This document shows, piece by piece, positions 1 through 9,133 of a DNA stretch of 64,000 bases. Made by a program: the position numbers and the translations under genes. This stretch comes from SAR324 cluster bacterium JCVI-SC AAA005. Its GTDB lineage: Bacteria > SAR324 > NAC60-12. Every line of letters starts with the position of its first letter. Positions within the stretch are counted from its first letter, which is position 1. The notes beneath the pieces are model-generated. The model did not search any database, was not told where the DNA came from, and was given only the letters and a program-made list of their open reading frames with translations. The stretch is from positions 21,555 through 85,554 of the forward strand of contig AGAU01000068.1 of assembly GCA_000224765.2 (NCBI GenBank), in the 5' to 3' direction.

Positions 1-1323
1 CGAAAGTCAATTTGGGGTTGGGCGCTTTATGATTGGGCTAACTCGGTGTTTGCTACAACTGTGATTGCAGGGTTTTTCCCTATTTTTTTTAAGCAATTTT
101 GGAGTGTTGGAGCAGACGTTAGTGTCAGTACAGCTCAGCTTGGTTTTGCGAATTCTTTATCCAGCTTAGTGATTGCACTCTCAGCTCCCATCTTAGGAGC
201 GATTGCTGATCGAGGTCGCCTGAAAAAGCCATTGCTTGCAATGTTCACCTATCTTGGGGTGTTCATGAGTGCTGGGCTTTACTTCATTGAGCAGGGTCAA
301 TGGGAATGGGCTATCTTGGTCTATGTCTTGGGCTCCTTGGGATTTGCCGGTGGGAACATCTTTTATGATGCTATGCTCCCCGATTTAGTCCCCGATGATC
401 AACTCGACCGAATTTCAAGCTTTGGCTACGCTCTCGGCTATTTGGGAGGTGGGCTGCTTTTTCTGATCAACGTCCTAATGACACTGCAACCTGATTGGTT
501 TGGGTTAGCTGATCCTGCTGCGGCAGTAAGGTTGTCTTTTCTAACCGTAGCAGTGTGGTGGGGAGGATTCAGCGTTTTCACGCTACTCTGGGTTCCAGAA
601 ATCAGCCAAGGGCCCCCAGCAAAGAGGAACTCAGTTTTTGAAGGATTTCAACAACTTGCCGAAACCTTCCGCAAAATAAGGCATCTTCGAACACTCTTCA
701 TCTTCTTGGCAGCGTACTGGTTTTACATTGATGGAGTAGGTACTGTGATTCGAATGGCTGTCGACTACGGCCTCTCTATCGGTTTTTCATCAAGTGATTT
801 GATCACTGCTCTTCTGTTGGTACAGTTCATAGGCTTTCCCGCAGCACTTTTTTTTGGCCAACTGGGTACACGTTGGGACAGTCGTAAATCAATTTTAATT
901 GGCATTGGCATTTACCTAATAATAACCGTGTGGGGGACTCAAATGAGGAGCCAATTTGAATTCTACGGACTGGCTGTCCTCATTGGAATTGCTCAAGGGG
1001 GTGTTCAAGCACTCAGTCGGTCGTTCTACGCTCGTCTAATCCCAAAAAATCAAACTGCAGAGTACTTCGGCTTCTATAATACTCTTGGAAAATTCGCCGC
1101 TATTATAGGGCCGTTGCTAATGGGAACGACTGCCCTGGTGGCCAAAGGATGGCTTTTAGGAGATAATCCCTCAACAGCCGAACTCGAATCCGTTGGCAAA
1201 GAGGCAGCCCGCTGGAGCATTGCCTCCATTTCCATTCTTTTCTTGATTGGCGGGGCCCTACTTTGGAAAGTTGATGAAGAGCAAGGAAGAAGAGAGGCCC
1301 GAATTCTGGAACGGCATGACTGA
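1..1323 (+). CDS. MFS transporter, UMF1-like. 5' partial; the frame is open from base 1.
   Basis: Frame 1 reads RKSIWGWALYDWANSVFATT from base 1, the typical UMF1-family N-terminal motif. About 12 hydrophobic segments follow. Stop is TGA at 1321-1323. Confidence 0.7.
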   Translation, partial: RKSIWGWALYDWANSVFATTVIAGFFPIFFKQFWSVGADVSVSTAQLGFANSLSSLVIALSAPILGAIADRGRLKKPLLAMFTYLGVFMSAGLYFIEQGQWEWAILVYVLGSLGFAGGNIFYDAMLPDLVPDDQLDRISSFGYALGYLGGGLLFLINVLMTLQPDWFGLADPAAAVRLSFLTVAVWWGGFSVFTLLWVPEISQGPPAKRNSVFEGFQQLAETFRKIRHLRTLFIFLAAYWFYIDGVGTVIRMAVDYGLSIGFSSSDLITALLLVQFIGFPAALFFGQLGTRWDSRKSILIGIGIYLIITVWGTQMRSQFEFYGLAVLIGIAQGGVQALSRSFYARLIPKNQTAEYFGFYNTLGKFAAIIGPLLMGTTALVAKGWLLGDNPSTAELESVGKEAARWSIASISILFLIGGALLWKVDEEQGRREARILERHD

Positions 1324-1723
1324 AAGCCCCCTGTTTCGCTTCCCAATCACAGTCTACTACGAAGACACGGATATAACTGGGGTGGTTTATCATGCGAACT
1401 ATCTGAAATATTGTGAAAGAGCGCGTTCGGAGATTTTAGGTGCAGAACGACTCCATCAAATTCATCAGAAGGAAAACCTCTCTTTCCTAGTCTACCGAGC
1501 TGAAATGAATTTTCGACGAGGCGCCGTTTTGGGAGATCGCTTAGAAGTGCAAACACAGCCCAACCTGACCGGCCCGTATCGTATTCAATTTCTACAAAAC
1601 ATCATACGTTCATCTGATCAACAACTCCTTGTCAAGGCAGTGATTGAGCTAGTCTGCATCAGGCAGGAAAAACCAGTCCCAGTACCTGATTGGATTCAGG
1701 AGTACTTACCAACCTCTGATTGA
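1316..1723 (+). CDS. Acyl-CoA thioesterase, 4HBT/YbgC-type hotdog fold
   Basis: FRFPITVYYEDTDITGVVYHANYLKYCERAR matches the YbgC/4HBT catalytic Asp motif. ATG 1316 overlaps the upstream stop (ATGACTGA). The longer ORF from 1247 overlaps the MFS gene. Confidence 0.75.
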   Translation: MTESPLFRFPITVYYEDTDITGVVYHANYLKYCERARSEILGAERLHQIHQKENLSFLVYRAEMNFRRGAVLGDRLEVQTQPNLTGPYRIQFLQNIIRSSDQQLLVKAVIELVCIRQEKPVPVPDWIQEYLPTSD

Positions 1724-1783
1724 TTTATCCTACAAAGTGACTTTCTCTTTCTCAGATCATTTGCTACATTACGCTGTTTATCT

Positions 1784-1810
1784 CTATTGCCGGCAATAGC
1801 CGACTAGTCG
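1784..1810. promoter_or_regulatory. Two abutting perfect palindromes upstream of htpG; candidate operator
   Basis: CTATTGCCGGCAATAG at 1784-1799 and CGACTAGTCG at 1801-1810. No T-run follows. They lie 37 bp upstream of the htpG start. Confidence 0.3.
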
Positions 1811-1846
1811 TCAATTTATTCTCATTATAGATTTTAAGGAGGATCC

Positions 1847-3727
1847 TTGAGTTCAGCCCAATCCGCGCCACAACCCGAGGTACATGAGTATCAGGCGGAG
1901 ATGCAAAAGCTGCTCGATATTCTCGTACACTCCCTGTACACCGAGCGAGAGATCTTTTTGAGGGAACTGATATCCAATTCCGCAGATGCGTTGAGCAAAG
2001 TTCAGTTCCTTGCACTAACCTCTGCGGATCAATTGCTGAATCCAGATGCATCCCTTCAAATCGAATTATCCTTCGATGAAGACCATCAAACAATCACTAT
2101 TGAGGATACTGGTTGTGGGATGACTCGCGAAGAATTGATTGAGAACTTGGGAACTATAGCCAGCTCTGGGACTCTCAAATTTTTGAGGGAAGCCCAACAA
2201 TCGAAACAAGCAGTCCAGAATCTCATTGGTCAATTCGGGGTCGGTTTTTATGCGGTCTTCATGGTAGCTGACAAGGTGGAACTAACAACCCGTTCTTGGT
2301 GTCCCGAAAGCCAAGCTTGGTCATGGAATTCCAGTGGAAGTGGTAAGTACGAACTCGCACCAGCTGGCAAGGAAGAGCGCGGGACCAAGATCGTGTTACA
2401 TCTGAAAGAAGAGGCCAAAGAGTTCTGTAATGAATATCGACTGAAATCGATCGTCAGTAAATATTCCAATTATGTCCCTCACCCCATCCAACTCAAGGGA
2501 GAGACCATTAATAAAGTGACTGCGATTTGGACCCAGTCTAAAGAGGAAGTCAGCCAAAAGGACTACGAAGAGTTTTACAAGCAAATTAGCTACGATCATC
2601 AGCCTGCCCTGAAGCATCTTCACTTGTCGATTGATGCTCCGATCCAATACTACGCTCTGCTCTACATCCCTAAGAAAATTTCTAATGAAGTACTTTATGC
2701 TCGCGAGGGGAAAGGCTTGGCCCTTTATGCCCAAAAAGTACTCATCCAACCTCAACATAATGGTCTTCTTCCGCCTTACTTACGCTTCGTTCAGGGAGTA
2801 GTTGACTCTGAAGATCTCCCCCTCAATATTTCAAGAGAGAGTGTCCAGCAGAATGCATTGGTGGAACGAATCAAGAAAAGCCTCACCACACGGCTTTTAA
2901 AAGAACTGCAAACACTCGCTGAGAACAATACAAACTCCTACAATCAGTTCTGGAAGGAATTTGGTGCACTGCTCAAAGAAGGAGTCTCAGCTGATTTCGG
3001 CAACCGTAGTAAGCTCATGGACCTCCTGCGATTCAACTCTTCATTGAGTGAAGGAGCAACGGCTGATGTCTCTCTAAAAGACTACGTGAGTAGAATGCGT
3101 GATGAGCAAAAAGAAATTTACTACATTATCGGGCCGTCCAGAGAATCCTTGCAACACCATCCGAATCTTGAGTACTTCCGCAAGCAAAGTTTAGAAGTAC
3201 TATTCCTGCATGATCACATCGACGATTTCTTGATGAGTGAGTTGCGAGATTATGATGGAAAAGCTTTCAAGAGCATCTCCCGGGCAGATATCGATGTGCC
3301 AGACCCTGTTGAAGACAACTCTCAAATGAGTACAGAACAAAGAGAAGTTCTGCTCCACAAGATCAAGCAACAGCTTGGCGATCGAATCAAAGATGTGATT
3401 GCGTCTAAGAGACTGGTAGATAGCCCTTGCTCCCTTGTCAATCCTCAGGAGAACATGAGTGCTCATATGGAGCGTATGATGAAGATGGTCAACGAGGAAT
3501 ATCAGATCAGCAAACGCAATTTAGAAGTTAACCTGAAACATCCGATCTTGCAGAATTTAGCGAAGCTGGCTGAGGAAAATCCCAAATCAGAATTTTTCGG
3601 CCAAGCCGTGGAACAGCTCCTCCGTAGTGCGATGCTCGTGGAGGGTCTATTGGATAATCCCACAGAGCTTCTGCCAGATCTCTATGATTTCATGGAAGCT
3701 GCAACAGCTCATCAACTGACCACTTGA
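1847..3727 (+). CDS. htpG: Molecular chaperone HtpG (Hsp90)
   Basis: EVHEYQAEMQKLLDILVHSLYTEREIFLRELISNSADAL and GQFGVGFYAVFMVADKV. 626 aa. TTG start preceded by AAGGAGG at 1836-1842. Confidence 0.95.
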   Translation: MSSAQSAPQPEVHEYQAEMQKLLDILVHSLYTEREIFLRELISNSADALSKVQFLALTSADQLLNPDASLQIELSFDEDHQTITIEDTGCGMTREELIENLGTIASSGTLKFLREAQQSKQAVQNLIGQFGVGFYAVFMVADKVELTTRSWCPESQAWSWNSSGSGKYELAPAGKEERGTKIVLHLKEEAKEFCNEYRLKSIVSKYSNYVPHPIQLKGETINKVTAIWTQSKEEVSQKDYEEFYKQISYDHQPALKHLHLSIDAPIQYYALLYIPKKISNEVLYAREGKGLALYAQKVLIQPQHNGLLPPYLRFVQGVVDSEDLPLNISRESVQQNALVERIKKSLTTRLLKELQTLAENNTNSYNQFWKEFGALLKEGVSADFGNRSKLMDLLRFNSSLSEGATADVSLKDYVSRMRDEQKEIYYIIGPSRESLQHHPNLEYFRKQSLEVLFLHDHIDDFLMSELRDYDGKAFKSISRADIDVPDPVEDNSQMSTEQREVLLHKIKQQLGDRIKDVIASKRLVDSPCSLVNPQENMSAHMERMMKMVNEEYQISKRNLEVNLKHPILQNLAKLAEENPKSEFFGQAVEQLLRSAMLVEGLLDNPTELLPDLYDFMEAATAHQLTT

Positions 3728-3749
3728 AGCAGATCTTCAAATCTCATTG
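3723..3749 (+). promoter_or_regulatory. Possible sigma-32-type heat-shock promoter for lon
   Basis: CTTGAA at 3723-3728 (overlapping the htpG TGA), a 13-nt spacer, then TCTCATTG at 3742-3749, compared with the consensus CTTGAA-N13-17-CCCCATNT. The -10 match is weak. Confidence 0.3.
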
Positions 3750-3809
3750 CAGAGAGAACACTTAACAAATTTGTTATCTCTGACTTACTAACTCCAGCCA
3801 ACCAAGAAA

Positions 3810-6254
3810 ATGGCTCGAAAGAAAGCCACCAACGGTAACCAAGCCAACAAAAAAGATCGGATTCTTCTTGTGGATTCTGAAGGAACGGTCATCACGGTAG
3901 CTGATCTACCTAATCGAATTCCAATATTTCCGGTTTATCAGCGTCCAATATTTCCGGGGATTCTCACGATGGTTGGTGCTGACGGCATAGTCAGCCGCTG
4001 GATTCGTGATCAAATCCGTGAAGAAAAAATCATCGGCCTCGTAATGGCCAAACCCAACGTAGATGATGAGGAAGGCGAGCAACGTCAAATCGAGTCTGCT
4101 TCTCAACTTTACCGTATAGGAACCGTTGCGTACGTCCTGCACTGGGTGGAATTGCCAGATGAGAGCTGCCAATTTATGCTGAGCACTCTAAAGAGGTTCA
4201 AGGTGCGTAGGTTTTATCCCGATGACCAGCACTACAGTGCCGAAGTAGATTACATTGAAGAAGCAGCCCCTGAGATGACTGAACAGTTGCGTGCCTCTGC
4301 AGCTGCCATTGTCTCTACCTTAAAGGAACTGATTCCACACAATCCAACCTTCTCTCAGGAGATGCATCACCTACTTTCGCAGGTTAATCTGGACGAACCC
4401 ATCAAGCTGACAGATTTGGCTGCCTCAATGACCAATGCCAAAAGCAAGGCACTGCAAAGAATTCTGGAGACTCATGATATCCAAGAGAGAATGGGACAGA
4501 CTCTATTGTTGTTGAGGGAGGAATATGACCTGAGTCTGCTAAAAGAGAAAATCAGCCAGAAAATTGACGAACGGCTTTCCAAGCATCAAAGGGAGTTTTT
4601 TCTTAGAGAACAACTTCGGGAAATTAAACACGAACTAGGGTTAGAGCAGGACCGCAAACAGATGGAGTTGGATCGTTTCCGGAAACGTTTTTCGGAATTG
4701 ACTCTCACGAAGGAAGCAAAAGAACGAGTGATCCAGGAACTTGGACGCTATGAATTTATGGATGACTCTTCACCTGAATCCCAAATCGTCCATCAGTATC
4801 TGGACTGGATCGCCGCTTTGCCTTGGGGAATCTATTCGAAAGACAAACTCGGAATTGCCCAAGCAGAGCGCGTCCTCAACCGAGATCACTATGGTCTGGA
4901 CGATTTAAAGAAACGCATTCTTGAATTTATTGCGGTTAGTAAACTTCGAGGTGGAATGCGAGGTGGGATTCTTTGCCTCGTTGGGCCCCCTGGTGTTGGG
5001 AAAACATCACTTGGTAAATCTATTGCTTCCGCACTTGGTCGAGAATTTTATCGTTTCTCCGTTGGCGGGATGAGTGATGAAAATGAATTGAAGGGGCACC
5101 GAAGAACGTACATTGGAGCCATGCCTGGAAGACTGATCCAAGCTTTACGGACTACCAAGACAGCCAATCCTGTGATCATGCTTGACGAATTGGACAAGGC
5201 TGGTCGAAGCTTCCGGGGAGACCCATACTCTGTGCTTTTAGAAGTCCTTGACCCTGAGCAGAACAAAGACTTCCTAGACCACTATCTTGATCTGCGTTTT
5301 GACCTATCAAACGTACTTTTCGTAGCAACAGCTAACAGCCTCGACACAATTCCACCGGTTTTGATTGATCGGATGGAAATTCTGCGATTGTCTGGTTACG
5401 TTATCGAAGAAAAACTGAAGATCGCCCAGCGTCACTTGCTTCCAAAGATCCTTCCCGATCATGGGCTTACTGAGGAAAACCTAGGGCTGCCGAGAGAGAC
5501 ACTAAAGCAGTTGACCGTGGAATACGCTCGAGAGGTTGGAGTGCGGAATCTTGAGAAAAAACTTCGGTCTATCACAAGACGTGTTGCAATGCGCGTAGCC
5601 AAGGGAGACAAGCAGAAGGTTATCATTCAGCGTGAGCAGCTTCACGATTTTTTGGGACAGCCTGAGTATCCTGAAGACGCCTACAAGCGCTTGGAATTGC
5701 CGGGCGTTGTGCGAGGTCTCGCTTGGACACCAACTGGAGGTTCAACTCTACCCATTGAATCAATTATGCTCAACGGGAGATCAGGAGAATTCAAATTGAC
5801 AGGACAACTTGGGGATGTGATGAAGGAATCCTCATCAATAGCCCATAGCTACGTTCAATCCCTGCTACGTGAAGTTCCTGGTAAGATGCAATTCTTCAAG
5901 AAAAACACGGTCCACCTGCATGTTCCTGAAGGTGCAACGCCCAAGGATGGCCCTTCAGCAGGAATAGCCATGGCTACAAGCTTACTTTCTCTCGCCATCC
6001 AACAATCCGTCTCAGCGACCATTGCGATGACTGGAGAATTAACCCTAAGCGGACAAGTCCTCCCGATCGGGGGGGTTCGAGAAAAGGTTGTTGGAGCAAA
6101 GCTCGCAGGGATCAATACGCTGATTTTTCCAGCAGCAAATCGTTCACAATTCGAGGAACTTCCTGCACACTTACGTAAAAATTTGATAATCTATTTTGTC
6201 AAACACTTCCGAGAAGTTGCCCTGTTGACATTGGATTACGAGCTTTCCTGTTAA
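3810..6254 (+). CDS. lon: ATP-dependent Lon protease
   Basis: Walker A GPPGVGKTS, HRRTYIGAMPG, catalytic Ser context PKDGPSAGIAM. 814 aa. Confidence 0.95.
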   Translation: MARKKATNGNQANKKDRILLVDSEGTVITVADLPNRIPIFPVYQRPIFPGILTMVGADGIVSRWIRDQIREEKIIGLVMAKPNVDDEEGEQRQIESASQLYRIGTVAYVLHWVELPDESCQFMLSTLKRFKVRRFYPDDQHYSAEVDYIEEAAPEMTEQLRASAAAIVSTLKELIPHNPTFSQEMHHLLSQVNLDEPIKLTDLAASMTNAKSKALQRILETHDIQERMGQTLLLLREEYDLSLLKEKISQKIDERLSKHQREFFLREQLREIKHELGLEQDRKQMELDRFRKRFSELTLTKEAKERVIQELGRYEFMDDSSPESQIVHQYLDWIAALPWGIYSKDKLGIAQAERVLNRDHYGLDDLKKRILEFIAVSKLRGGMRGGILCLVGPPGVGKTSLGKSIASALGREFYRFSVGGMSDENELKGHRRTYIGAMPGRLIQALRTTKTANPVIMLDELDKAGRSFRGDPYSVLLEVLDPEQNKDFLDHYLDLRFDLSNVLFVATANSLDTIPPVLIDRMEILRLSGYVIEEKLKIAQRHLLPKILPDHGLTEENLGLPRETLKQLTVEYAREVGVRNLEKKLRSITRRVAMRVAKGDKQKVIIQREQLHDFLGQPEYPEDAYKRLELPGVVRGLAWTPTGGSTLPIESIMLNGRSGEFKLTGQLGDVMKESSSIAHSYVQSLLREVPGKMQFFKKNTVHLHVPEGATPKDGPSAGIAMATSLLSLAIQQSVSATIAMTGELTLSGQVLPIGGVREKVVGAKLAGINTLIFPAANRSQFEELPAHLRKNLIIYFVKHFREVALLTLDYELSC

Positions 6255-6351
6255 ACTTTGCTTCCCTTAGCATCACAAATTTGCTAGAAAGCGTCCGAAG
6301 TAATGTATTCTAGCGACTTGAGGCTCACCTCGTAAACTAATTTTTGGCTCA

Positions 6352-7806
6352 ATGGCAGACAACTGGTTCCTTGATTCCCACCGTTGGCTAGTCAAAGCCC
6401 ATCAAACAGTTTCTGACTGGGCAGATGAAGCCGCTATCCCTGAGGAATGGTCCAAACGATGGAAGGGTTGGGGAGATGGTTTTCTTGGTTGGATGCAGAC
6501 GGATGCTCCCGAAGCTTTCCGACAATTTATCAGCCAGTCAGAAAACTTGAATCAGTGGTATTCTCATGGAAGCCGCTATTTTGACGCTGGTCAAACACTC
6601 CTCAGTATTGCAGCTCGAACCTACGCATTTCAGAAAATCCGCCTTCCTGCATTAGAGCCCCACGAAATTTCTGAAGAAACACAGATTCATCATCAGAAGA
6701 ATGCTTCGGAATTAGCACAGCTTTGCCGTAGACAAGGTGGTGCTTGGGTAAAAGCCGCCCAGTTCCTTAGCTGTCAAGGAGATTGGCTCCCTACAACCTA
6801 TGTAAAACAACTGGCAGAACTTCAAGATCAGGCTCCAAGCATCTCATGGGGAGAGATCGAAAAACAGCTGTTCCAGTGTTACGGCGCTGAATGGAAACTA
6901 CGTTTTGATGAGGTTGAGCCCGTACCTTTAGCAACCGCATCCATTGCACAGGTTCACCGGGCAAAAACAAGAGGTGGTTCTCTCGTAGCATTGAAAATTC
7001 AACTACCTGATGCTTCAGAAAAGATCGAAGCGGATCTGTTGTTTTTCAAACGCATAGCCCCTTTACTAAAATGCTGGGCAGAAGACTGGGACGTAGAACA
7101 GACTGTCGAAGAACTGAGCCGGAGTATTCGCCAAGAACTGGACTACTACCATGAAGCAGCAAACCTAACAAAATTTCTTGCTTTGTATGAAGCAGAGGAA
7201 TGGATGTTCCCAGTATTGCTTCCTGATCTCCTGAGCAGAGAAGTATTGGCTATGAGCTTTGTGGAGGGTCAACCTCTTCGGCATTTCCTGGCTGACGTAC
7301 CCAGTGCTGCTGAGCCACTACTGCAAGTATTGGTAAGGAGCTTCATAAAGCAAATCTTTGTCACAGGCTTGTTTCACGCAGATCCTCACCCTGGAAATTT
7401 CTTCGTAACCCCTCAAGGGAAGTTAGCTCTGCTAGATTTCGGTGCTGTCGCTCGATTAACTGACTCCGAGTGTGAAGCCTACCGAACCGTCTTGGTGGCA
7501 CTTTTCAATCGTCAACAATCAGAATTCGATTCATTATTGCGCAAAGCTGGATTTGATGTCCCCAACGGTCCATTGCTGTTAAAATTACTTTTCGAAAGAG
7601 ACCCAGCGGAATTTGCAGGCCTGAGCCAGATGGAAACTCATATGCGCATCATGAGAAGGGCGGAAGTAAAAATTCCCGATAATTTTGTACTGATGGGAAG
7701 AGTTTTGATTTCGATCGGAGGTCTGCTAAAGCAGTATCGGGTGAAAGTTGATCTGCATGAGTTGGCTATTTATTTGATGATGGAAGTTGCGAGGAAGGGA
7801 TCATGA
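6352..7806 (+). CDS. ABC1/UbiB-family atypical protein kinase
   Basis: ASIAQVHRAK...VALKIQ and HADPHPGNFFV motifs. 484 aa. Confidence 0.85.
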   Translation: MADNWFLDSHRWLVKAHQTVSDWADEAAIPEEWSKRWKGWGDGFLGWMQTDAPEAFRQFISQSENLNQWYSHGSRYFDAGQTLLSIAARTYAFQKIRLPALEPHEISEETQIHHQKNASELAQLCRRQGGAWVKAAQFLSCQGDWLPTTYVKQLAELQDQAPSISWGEIEKQLFQCYGAEWKLRFDEVEPVPLATASIAQVHRAKTRGGSLVALKIQLPDASEKIEADLLFFKRIAPLLKCWAEDWDVEQTVEELSRSIRQELDYYHEAANLTKFLALYEAEEWMFPVLLPDLLSREVLAMSFVEGQPLRHFLADVPSAAEPLLQVLVRSFIKQIFVTGLFHADPHPGNFFVTPQGKLALLDFGAVARLTDSECEAYRTVLVALFNRQQSEFDSLLRKAGFDVPNGPLLLKLLFERDPAEFAGLSQMETHMRIMRRAEVKIPDNFVLMGRVLISIGGLLKQYRVKVDLHELAIYLMMEVARKGS

Positions 7807-9002
7807 AAGCTCTTGATCAACTGGAAAACCGACTGCTCGAACACTGGCAACGAAAGGAATCTAGAAAGACCTGGCAGGAGTGGTTCAAATGGTTGGAACA
7901 AATACAGTGTCCTCTGAGAGTGGACCGACCAGAACAGGTTTCTCCTGTAGCTCAAATAAACTATCAGACATTTTTGCACTTCTGTGAAACTGCGCTGGCC
8001 CGCTTGCCCGACTGGGAGAGTAAGCTGACTACCCCAAACTGGGTGGAAGCCCATAATCTTTGCTTGCTCCTAACTGATTGGACTTCTTCTAACGTCACCA
8101 CAACAAAATCTACGACTGGGCAACCAGAGCAACATAAGTATCTCACCGAAGACGATCTAGCTGGTACTCACCAGGCTTTACTGCGTCTTGCAGAGGAGGT
8201 CGACAAGGTCAAAGGTCGACTGGAACAAATTGAGCAACAATCCATCCAGCAGCCGATGCGTGTTCCAATGCCATCACCACCACTACCTGGCGGGAGCCCT
8301 CTTAAACAGCCACCACCGCAAGTTTCTCCTTCCTTGCCTTCAACTCCGATGATGAGCCAAACACTGGAAAATGAGCTGCGTTTTCGTGCACCTCCAGAGC
8401 TAAAGCCCAAAACGTATGTTCCAGAAAGTTTCGATGAAGATACTGCCTTCCCTGCAAGGCCACTGGACGAAGCTTATCTTAGTTTCAATGAATGGTGTGA
8501 TCATCTCTACTCGATTGGGCTGAATATCCAAGAACTTTCATCAGAAAACCTTAGAGTCGAAAGCTCCAGACCTATTTCTTTTCTCCAATTTTCTCATCGA
8601 CTGGAGCGAAGGGTTACTTCCTCAGACCGTTTGCATGATTTGCTGGAGACTTTTCGTCTTCACTACAGAGCAGGCTTTTCGCTTGAACCTCCCACAACCA
8701 AGATGCCTGGATTAATTCCAGAATTACCAGAAATTGAAGAAGATAAGGCATTCGAGTTGACAAAAGATATCAACTCAACTTCCACGGGATTTCAACTTCC
8801 TCCAGAGGATTTATATCAGGATTACAACAGTTGGCTGGAGTGGTTGATCGATCAGAATTTTGATCCTCGCATTCATAGCAGCCAAGATCTCCAGGTGGAA
8901 AGCAGCCATCGGATATCCTTTCCACAATTTCGTAGACGGTTGGAAAGAAAACTAGATAATCCAGAAACGTTTCGAAATTTGTTGGGACTATCTGAACTCT
9001 GA
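7803..9002 (+). CDS. Hypothetical protein with a Pro-rich linker and an internally repeated ~60-aa domain
   Basis: ATGA start/stop overlap with the ABC1 kinase gene. Repeats: SFNEWCDHL...SSENLRVESSRPISFLQFSHRLERR and YNSWLEWL...SSQDLQVESSHRISFPQFRRRLERK, plus a weaker N-terminal copy (TWQEWFKWL...). Central PMPSPPLPGGSPLKQPPPQVSPSLPSTP. Confidence 0.6.
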   Translation: MKALDQLENRLLEHWQRKESRKTWQEWFKWLEQIQCPLRVDRPEQVSPVAQINYQTFLHFCETALARLPDWESKLTTPNWVEAHNLCLLLTDWTSSNVTTTKSTTGQPEQHKYLTEDDLAGTHQALLRLAEEVDKVKGRLEQIEQQSIQQPMRVPMPSPPLPGGSPLKQPPPQVSPSLPSTPMMSQTLENELRFRAPPELKPKTYVPESFDEDTAFPARPLDEAYLSFNEWCDHLYSIGLNIQELSSENLRVESSRPISFLQFSHRLERRVTSSDRLHDLLETFRLHYRAGFSLEPPTTKMPGLIPELPEIEEDKAFELTKDINSTSTGFQLPPEDLYQDYNSWLEWLIDQNFDPRIHSSQDLQVESSHRISFPQFRRRLERKLDNPETFRNLLGLSEL

Positions 9003-9065
9003 AAACTATTGGACTTTATTCACAAAAACTTTGACAGCGAGCATTACCTATTCCCGTCATTTTCC

Positions 9066-9094
9066 TTGACAACAACACATTCGAATGTTAACTA
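9066..9094 (+). promoter_or_regulatory. Sigma-70-type promoter of the hrcA operon
   Basis: TTGACA at 9066-9071, a 17-nt spacer, then TAACTA at 9089-9094, immediately followed by CIRCE. Confidence 0.55.
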
Positions 9095-9121
9095 TTAGCA
9101 CTATCAGCTGATGAGTGCTAA
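9095..9121. promoter_or_regulatory. CIRCE operator (HrcA binding site)
   Basis: TTAGCACTA-TCAGCTGAT-GAGTGCTAA compared with the consensus TTAGCACTC-N9-GAGTGCTAA. Located 13 bp upstream of the hrcA ORF. Confidence 0.9.
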
Positions 9122-9133
9122 TAAGCTACCTGA

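Noticed and set aside
1074-1556. Antisense ORFs of 69-96 aa opposite the MFS and thioesterase genes
   Set aside because: They overlap well-supported genes, have no motifs and no RBS. The same applies to the many 60-120-aa antisense ORFs throughout the track.
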